Shown here: piece after piece, positions 28,123 through 35,112 of the stretch | Numbering within the stretch: position 1 is the stretch's first letter | How the letters are laid out: each line of letters starts with the position of its first letter | Assembly: GCA_943704425.1 (NCBI GenBank) | Contig: CALSCP010001577.1 | Span: 1-35,112 of the forward strand | Reading direction: 5' to 3' | Length of the DNA stretch: 35,112 bases | From: Ministeria vibrans ATCC 50519 | Lineage: Eukaryota; Protista; Filasterea | Position numbers and translations under genes: made by a program | Notes under the pieces: generated by a model | What the model was told of the DNA's origin: nothing | Databases searched by the model: none | Seen by the model: the letters and a program-made list of their open reading frames with translations, nothing else

Positions 28123-28351
28123 ATGAGGTATGTCTAATGTTGAGGCATCCAACGGTGTGGCTGTCGCTCCTTGTGTGTGCGTGGACGGCCATGTGGTGCA
28201 GTGCGTTTGCCGTCCACAGTGTTGCAACGCTCTCTTTTGCCCATTTCTGCCTCTTCTCGCTTCGCTTTGGCCGCCCATTGCGACGCCCCGTGTGCCGCAG
28301 CAGACGAACCCACCTGGGCTGTACGAGCTTACTTGTTCCTGTCAAAAACGC

Positions 28352-28382
<31 letters not shown>

Positions 28383-29464
28383 CTGTTGCGACACGTTTCG
28401 TCGAACACTGACACATGCAGCGCATATTTGACGCCGCGCTTGTGCTTCAGCGCTGTCACGGTGTGGTGTTATGCTGTTGCTCATCTTTGCTGGACGCGAC
28501 GCTGTCGCAAACGAATCGCATTTTCATTTTTTAATTTTTTTTTTCTCGATTTTGACTTGTTGTAGCAAAATCACACGCGACGGTCTTTACGAAGCAGTTG
28601 AGAATGTCCTCAAGGGCTCTCAAGAGAAGAAGCGCAAGTTCCGCGAGACTGTGGAGCTCCAGGTACGCGCGTGCTTCTGAAGACAAGCGACAAAGCGAGA
28701 TTTCCTCTCACGATTTTCGCTTCTTTTTGTGTGTCTCCTCCAGATTGGCCTCAAGAACTACGACGCCAACAAGGACAAGCGTTTCAGCGGCACTGTCCGT
28801 CTTCCCAACACCGCCCGCCCCAACCTCCGTATCTGCGTTCTCGGAGACCAGGTAAAGCAAAAAAATGCGCACTGAAGAGAGACCTATTGCACTTGTTGTT
28901 GAAACTTGGTTTTTTCTCTTCTTTGCTTCCTATCTGTAGGCTCACATTGATCAGGCGACCGCTCTTGGCATCCCGTCGATGAGCTCGGACGACCTCAAGA
29001 AGCTGAACCGCAACAAGAAGGAGGTGAAGAAGCTGGCGAAGCAGTACGATGCGTTTGTGGCTTCCGAGTCGCTCATCAAGCTCATCCCGCGTCTGCTCGG
29101 CCCCGGTCTCAACAAGGCCGGCAAGTTCCCTTCGCTCATCACGCACTCCGACGACCTCGCTACCAAGATTGAGGAGATCCGCGGAACAATCAAGTTCCAG
29201 ATGAAGAAGGTACAAGCGAAACACGCACTCGTGTAACGTGCAGTTTGTAGTCGTGTTGCTGACCCGAGACTGGACACGCTCTTGTACATCTAGGTGCTGT
29301 GCCTCGGTGTTGCCGTGGGCCACGTCGAGATGACCGACGACCAGCTGGTTGCCAACCTGTACACCAGTGTCAACTTCCTGGTGTCGCTGCTCAAGAAGAA
29401 CTGGCAGAACGTCCGCTCGCTCTACATCAAGAGCTCGATGGGCAAGCCCCAGCGCCTGTACTAA
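28123..29464 (+). CDS. RPL10A: 60S ribosomal protein uL1 (L10a); exons 28123-28127, 28566-28662, 28744-28851, 28940-29209, 29294-29464
   Basis: Spliced [140 protein letters not shown]. Confidence 0.99.
29259..29317 (+). repeat. Source copy of the 59-bp repeat: branch point, 3' splice site and first 24 nt of the last RPL10A exon
   Basis: Identical to 27862-27920. Acceptor TAG at 29291-29293. Confidence 0.95.
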
Positions 29465-29795
29465 GCGCGCCCCCCTTCCAGCCAAAGAGAGAGGAAAGAG
29501 AGAGAGAGAGAGAGAGAATGAGAGAGTGAGGACGTCATCGCGGCCTCTTGGTCCTTTTAACCAACGTACACTGTGGTCTGTGTGTGCGCGCGTGTGTGTG
29601 TGTGTGTGTTTTTCGCGCACACCTCGTTGCGTGTGTACCGGCTATTGTGTTCTTTTGGGAGCGGTGTGATTTTGTGAAAACGGGGGAAACGTTGAAACAA
29701 CAATCGAGAGAAAAAAGTATTACAAAAAGAAACTCTGATACTATCTTTGTGTCAAAAAAAAATAAGAAGAAAGGTTACAATTGTTGATAAGGTGA

Positions 29796-30632
29796 TCAGA
29801 GAGAGTCGAGAATACAATGAGCATTGTCAGCGGGTGTCCAACCAAAGACACCAAGGGACTCAGCGTGGACGAGAGAGGCGGAGGGGCCCTGTGAGATCGC
29901 ATAGCCAAGACGGAAGGGCACGGGCGCGGTTACCGTTGTGCTGGCCGACGCGGAGACATCCATGGGTGCCGATACTGCTGTTTGAAACACGCTGATGGCG
30001 TCGCGGCGTGTCAGTAAGAGTGCTCGAGCGTATGCGCGTGCATTTTCGTCGAGATGCAGCAGCCAATCGCGCCGCTCTCGCTCCTCCGCCAGAAATTCGC
30101 CGCAGATCCAGCCGATACGCAGACAAATGACTTCAAGGCCGTGGATGCGCGCATAGAGGCGTCCTTCAAGCTCGTTGAAGGCTTTCGTAAGTCCGTAATG
30201 GCTGTCGGCATCGTACGAATCGCTGCTCGTGAGTGACGGCCCAACGCCATCCGGAAAAACATTGCCAAAGACGGACGCCTGCGCACTTGGATTGTGAAGG
30301 AAGCCCAGTCGATCGCCAACGGTGTGGGTTGACGAGGAGAGTACGACGCGCCGTACGCGAGCGCGGCGACACTCTTCCAGAACATTGTGCGTAACGACCA
30401 AGTTGGTCTTCACAATGTCGGCAAAGGGTGCTGCTGTGGACGGATCGCCTGCGCAATGAACTACCACATCGAGTCCTTCAAAGGCTCCTTCCAGCGCAGC
30501 CGCGTCCGACAGATCTACGCCGTTCGGAAAGTGGAAAGTGCGCAGTTCAAAACATTCGCCCGTGAAGCCGTCCTTCAAAATAGATCCAAGCTGTCCACTC
30601 GCGCCCGTCAGACCCACTTTGAGGCTTTTCAT
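29796..30632 (-). CDS. NAD-dependent epimerase/dehydrogenase (extended SDR), uronate-dehydrogenase-like; intronless
   Basis: Rossmann motif LTGASGQLG, DLSD, DVVVHCAG, N..THNVLEECRRARVRRVVLSSS.H.VG, catalytic YGLTK, GLEVICLRIG. Confidence 0.85.
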   Translation of the reverse strand: MKSLKVGLTGASGQLGSILKDGFTGECFELRTFHFPNGVDLSDAAALEGAFEGLDVVVHCAGDPSTAAPFADIVKTNLVVTHNVLEECRRARVRRVVLSSSTHTVGDRLGFLHNPSAQASVFGNVFPDGVGPSLTSSDSYDADSHYGLTKAFNELEGRLYARIHGLEVICLRIGWICGEFLAEERERRDWLLHLDENARAYARALLLTRRDAISVFQTAVSAPMDVSASASTTVTAPVPFRLGYAISQGPSASLVHAESLGVFGWTPADNAHCILDSL

Positions 30633-30782
30633 ATAACACGTTCTACTGTCAAGTCTTATTACTTTGAAATAACTTTGAAATTTGAATGTGGATACAGTTA
30701 TTACGTGGATTTGATCTGAGTTGGTTGGGCAAGTCGAAACGACTTCTTATCATTCTTTTTTTCGTCTCCCTCGCACGACGCC

Positions 30783-33046
30783 ATGAACTCGGTTGATGAC
30801 ATGTCGTCACCGCTTGGCTCCCTCTCGAGGCGTCTTCCGTCTGCCAAGTGTAAGAATGGATGTGCCTTCTACGGCAATCCAGCGTGGCAGGTACACCGGT
30901 GACAGTCTCGCCCTGTCGCTCATCTCATCCGGATGTCACTCTTCGTTTATTCTGCCGTCTTTGCAGGGCCTTTGCAGCGTATGCCATCGCGAGCTTGCTT
31001 CCGGCGGTAGTCCCGGCCGTCCTGCACAGCCCGTTACGGGAAAACTCATTGATTTTGACGAAGACGCCTCGGCCGAAACGTGCGCCATGGACGTCTTTGT
31101 GGCGGCGCGTGCCTCACAAGACGCCATGCAGGCGCGTGTCAGTCAACGGCCCGCGTCCTCACCCGCTCGAATGACCCCGAAACCCTCCACGAACGGAACG
31201 GCGTCAACGCCGCCATCTCAACCGTCGCCGCGCAAGGCACTCGTCGAGACGTATGCGCCTCCTCCCGTACGGCCTCAACCGTCGCAACCACCTCCTCGAA
31301 CCACCATCGCCTCCACCGCTGCCACATTGGCGCCATCTGCACCCACTCCACCTCTCACGGCCTCCCAGAAGCTCTTCTCCATGTTTCTCGGCAAGAAGAG
31401 CGGCACAGTCGCCGCTCAAATGTCCGCCTCCTCGTCCGTCGCCACCTCAACTCCCCCAACCACAGCGACGACTGCACCGTCATCATCATCATCAACAACA
31501 ACAACAACAACAACTACATCGTCGGTCAACAGCAGCGGCGGCAACACAACGGCCGCTGCGGCGACGGCAGCGGCAGTCGCTGGCATGGGCACCAAGAAGA
31601 AGAAATCGTCGTCGTTTGCCGACTTCCTTGCGCTCATGCGACTGCCGGCGGCACAAGGACTGGTCGAGCTCACGTGTACTTTTATCGATCGATTCACAGC
31701 ACTGGCAGAGAAGCGGCGCTCGACGGTGGAAGAGCAGAGCGAGCAAGTGCTGACGTTTCTGCAGGACATGGCAGGTCGCATGGCGCGCCACGTTCTCTGG
31801 CGCGATGCCGAAGAGCGCTCCCTCGAACGCTCTGTCGACGCCCTCGAAAAGTACGTCACGGCCAAAATATACAACTATGTCTTCACGGCGAAAGGAACCG
31901 ACGACGCACACAAGGACGCAGTGCTCCTCGCCAAAATGACCTCCTGCCAGTGGATCAAGGTAATACCACTCTGGCCTTCTGTGCGCTATGTGTGTCTGAA
32001 CGTTGATTCCAATGACGACTTTAATGACAATGACAATGACAATGACAACCTGACCCCTAGTGACGAATCATGACAACTCCCTCTCTCTTTTTTCTTTTTT
32101 TTTTCTTTGATAGTTACACCACTTGGGAACGGACAGTATCAACGTAGGATGTGCGGACGAACTGATTCTCAGTGCGATCCGAGAACTGCGCAAAATGGAC
32201 GACAAGCTGGCGCCGCAGGACAAACTGGCGTGCATTGTGCGCTGCTCGAAGCTCGTCTTTGATATCCTGCAACGCACACGCGACAGCAGTGGTAGCAGCG
32301 CTGGTGGAGGGGGAGGCAATGCGGCCGGTGCTGACGAGTTTTTGCCGGTGCTCATTTACATTACGATCAAAGCGAATTTGCGCACGCTCCAGAGCAATTT
32401 GCAGTTCATTTCGCGCTTCTGCAATCCCAGCAAACTCATGAGCGGCGAAGGGGGCTACTATTTCACCAATATGTGTTGTGCGGCGTCGTTCATCGAGACG
32501 CTGTCGGCCAAGTCGCTTGAAATGGACCCGGGTGAGTTTGAAATGCGCGTGACGGGTCGCGATGCGGCTGTGCAAGCGCTGGACGGTCAGGACGGACCCT
32601 CGGCGACTGCGGTGCTGCCAGACGGGCCCATTGCCGACGCCTGGCGCGAGGACGCTGCTGCCGTGCGCGTTTTGCATGCAAAACAGGCGGATCTGGCCGA
32701 TCGTATGGCCAAGCTCGAGACGTAACGCACCGCACAAACGCTCGATGACAGCTCATTCTAATGTATACGTTCTCTCAGGACTCTTTCACAGGAGCGCGAC
32801 GGATTACGACAGCCTTTGACGCTCGGCGCAGACCCTTGGGAGATGGCGCAGGTGGCCAAGCGGGCGGTGTCTGCGCCTCCCGCGAAGCCGACGACGCTCC
32901 CGTCAGTGCCTGTCGTGGATGACTTGATCCAACTCTTTCCCGAAACAGACGCAGAGGAAAAAGGGACACCCGCCGCAGATGCAACGCTGCGCAGAGAAGA
33001 GGAAGATATCAAGATTGCTCTGGCGCTGTCCATGAGCGAGCAGTAG
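30783..33046 (+). CDS. RABGEF1: Rab5 GEF Rabex-5-like (A20 zinc finger, VPS9 domain, C-terminal UIM); exons 30783-30890, 30967-31959, 32114-32721, 32779-33046
   Basis: A20 ZnF [20 protein letters not shown] split by intron 1. Helical bundle VEEQSEQV..F..M..LEKYV. VPS9 core APQDKLACIVRCSK..GADEFLPVLIY..LQSNLQFISRF..GEGGYYFTN..AASFIE. UIM EEEDIKIALALSMSE. Confidence 0.92.
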
Positions 33047-33136
33047 AGACGGCGAGAGGAGGAGAGCGTCTGTTGTAACCGTAAACAAATCATAACAAAG
33101 CGTTTTGGTTTTGTACTGTCAATCTTCGCGCATTGC

Positions 33137-33382
33137 TCAGTAGTTCTTCTTGCACTTGCCACAGGCCGCAGAGTTTCCAGAGAGCGTTGGCGTTCCGTCG
33201 CCAAGGTTGCGCTTGCACTAGGGAGGAGAGACGGGAGAGACAAAAAATCAATCAAAAAAAATCCTATGTTAACCACACACAAAAAAAAAGACAAAAAACA
33301 ATACCTGTTTGCACATTGCCGTGCCGCAACTCTTGCACGAAATCTTGTCGGAGGATCCGCAGCCGCTGGCGTACTTGCACAT
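33137..33382 (-). CDS. 52-aa Cys-rich microprotein (8 Cys; zinc-finger- or metallothionein-like); exons 33382-33305 and 33217-33137
   Basis: AAAAAA-ATG start, CAG|GTATTG donor, 87-nt intron with TTAAC and a polypyrimidine/TAG acceptor, phase 0. Product: MCKYASGCGSSDKISCKSCGTAMCKQCKRNLGDGTPTLSGNSAACGKCKKNY*. Confidence 0.75.
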
Positions 33383-33642
33383 TTTTTTATTCTTTTTTTG
33401 CTTCTTGGAAAAAATAGTAAACTTATTATAATAATATTATTTTATTTACTTAGTTCCTTTACCTTTCCTTTGGCTCATAAATGACTGCCGTCTGTCTGCG
33501 TCGTTCTTCCACAGCGCCTCCAAGAACGTGGCCTTGATGATAATGCTTGGGGCCAGACAGTTGCCTTGTCTGCCGTATTTGATCCCTTGGGGTCAACCAG
33601 TCAAATTAGTTTTATTTTTGACGTCGTCCTCTAGAGTCACCC

Positions 33643-34291
33643 ATGGATAGTATCGAGTCGTCGTCGCGCGACGAAGCCAGAAAACGGCCCCGATCACGAT
33701 CACGATCACGATCACGATCACCTCCTCGAAGCAGGCGGCGCACTGAGTCGTCGTCGTCAGACTCGGATACTGATCGCCACATGCGGCACCGAAGCCACAA
33801 GAAAGAGAAGAAGCACAAGAAGAAGAAGAAGAAGAAGCACAGGAAGAAGCAGGCGAAGGAGGGCAGTGGCACGGCGAGTGTGCCGCCCGTCCCTTCCGAT
33901 GTCTTTGGTCCGCCCCTGCCGTCCGGCAAGCGGCCCGTTGCCGCAACCCCGACCCCAGCCACCACCGAGCAGCCCAGTTGCGCCCGCAGGGTCCCTCCAG
34001 CAACGCGCGCCTTCGTTCCTATGTCTGAGGCGGAGTACAAGCTCCGCCAACAACAAGTTAGTACACCTTCTCTTCCTTTATCGTCTCATCGTTTCCATTT
34101 TGTTTTTTCTTTTTTTTTAGGTCAGAGAGGTGTACGACGAAGACACGGGCCGTATGTTGCTAATACGAGGCGACGGGGAGCGCATTGAGCGCATCGTCTC
34201 TCGTGATCAACAAGCGGCAACCAACCGCACTGCCACTGCAGGCGATGGAGCGTCTTTCCAGCGCGCTGCTGTCTCCAGCTCACGCTCCTAA
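33643..34291 (+). CDS. ARL6IP4: SR-25/ARL6IP4-like splicing-associated protein; exons 33643-34056, 34121-34291
   Basis: RS repeat, Ser tract and Lys-rich tract, then FVPMSEAEY..RQQQVREVYDEDTGRMLLIRGDGERIERIVSRDQQAATNRTATAGDGASFQ, matching the ARL6IP4 C-terminal signature (PMTKEE..DPETGR.RLIKGDGE..E.IV..INKQAT.GDG..FQ). Confidence 0.88.
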
Positions 34292-34353
34292 GGGCCCTTC
34301 TCGATACCATTCTTACAAACTAGTATAGTTGTGATTGATTCTTTATTGTACTT

Positions 34354-34964
34354 TTATTCGAGGTTGTCAGCGACAAAGGCAAAGTCGGCAAATTCGAGTG
34401 CGTCCAGTTGTGCGTCAATTTGCTCTTGCTCTACAAATAGAGGATCGCGAGTGAACTCAGCCGACGAGCGGCGACGCATTGACTGGGGAATGGTGGAAGG
34501 GGAGCCGAGCTTGTGAGGGCGGTAGGTGGGTGGAGTTGCAAGGGTTTGCGCAAAGTCTAACATCATAAGAAGTATGAGTGAGTGAGTAAGTGTGTACGGT
34601 ATGTGTGTTATGTGTATGCGCGTGTACCGTCAAAGAAGTCGTGTGAGGATACTTTCCGAAAAGCATTGTTGATGGATGCACTGAGGCGACGAGTGGGGTC
34701 GCGCTGGAGAAGATGCTGAATGAAGGCACGGGCGGCAACGCCCAGGGAGGGCTCACGCGGTGAGGGCCATGCCACGGCACTCACGACGATCTGTGTTGTT
34801 GGTGAATGAGTGAGTGTGTGTGCGTGCGTAAATGTGTGTGTGTGTGTGTTTGTGTGTGTTGTTTTTACCCTTTGATACATTTCGTATTTATTTTGGCAAT
34901 AGAAGGGAGTGCGTCCGACCAACAGCTCAAACACAAACACTCCCAACGCCCAATAGTCCACATC
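34354..34964 (-). CDS. 3' part of an AGC-family Ser/Thr kinase; 5' portion lies beyond the window end
   Basis: Spliced exons give DVDYWALGVFVFELLVGRTPF, ARAFIQHLLQRDPTRRL, SHDFF, PPTYRP and terminal EFADFAFV (subdomains IX-XI plus AGC tail). Stop TAA at 34354. Confidence 0.8.
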
Positions 34965-35040
34965 CTACACAATACAATCATGAATCAGCACATGTTTCCA
35001 ACATGTTTCTTCTCTCCCTCACACACGCACACACACACTC

Positions 35041-35055
35041 TCTCTCTCTATCACT

Positions 35056-35112
<57 letters not shown>
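35041..35112. repeat. CTATCACTTTGTTT unit plus (TC)n microsatellite in a kinase intron
   Basis: Directly visible. Confidence 0.9.

Overview
Gene-dense, intron-rich eukaryotic DNA with short GT-AG introns, CTAAC/CTGAC branch points, many (GA)n/(CA)n tracts and small N gaps. Gene content and style suggest a unicellular holozoan such as a choanoflagellate (inference only). By splicing exons by hand I recover about 20 protein-coding genes: a GH2 beta-mannosidase-like hydrolase (partial), p70 S6 kinase, a DUF4476-like protein, ANKRD40, a Phactr/Bni4-like PP1 regulator, an intronless L-domain adhesion GPCR, an LRR protein, a KirBac-like channel, CDC42, an alpha/beta hydrolase, FTSJ1/TRM7, GAPDH, RPL10A, a uronate-dehydrogenase-like SDR, RABGEF1/Rabex-5, a 52-aa Cys-rich microprotein absent from the ORF track, ARL6IP4, the 3' end of an AGC kinase, and three hypothetical genes. 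The most unusual observations are: (1) a perfect 59-bp copy of the RPL10A last branch point, 3' splice site and exon start lying antisense inside intron 1 of the head-to-head GAPDH gene; (2) a bacterial-type Kir channel whose K+ filter TxGYG is replaced by TFGGT; (3) the spliced 8-Cys microprotein; (4) an adhesion GPCR with a receptor L-domain and a degenerate GPS cleavage site. All family assignments come from motif recognition from memory, not database searches. No tRNA, rRNA, CRISPR or autonomous mobile element was seen.
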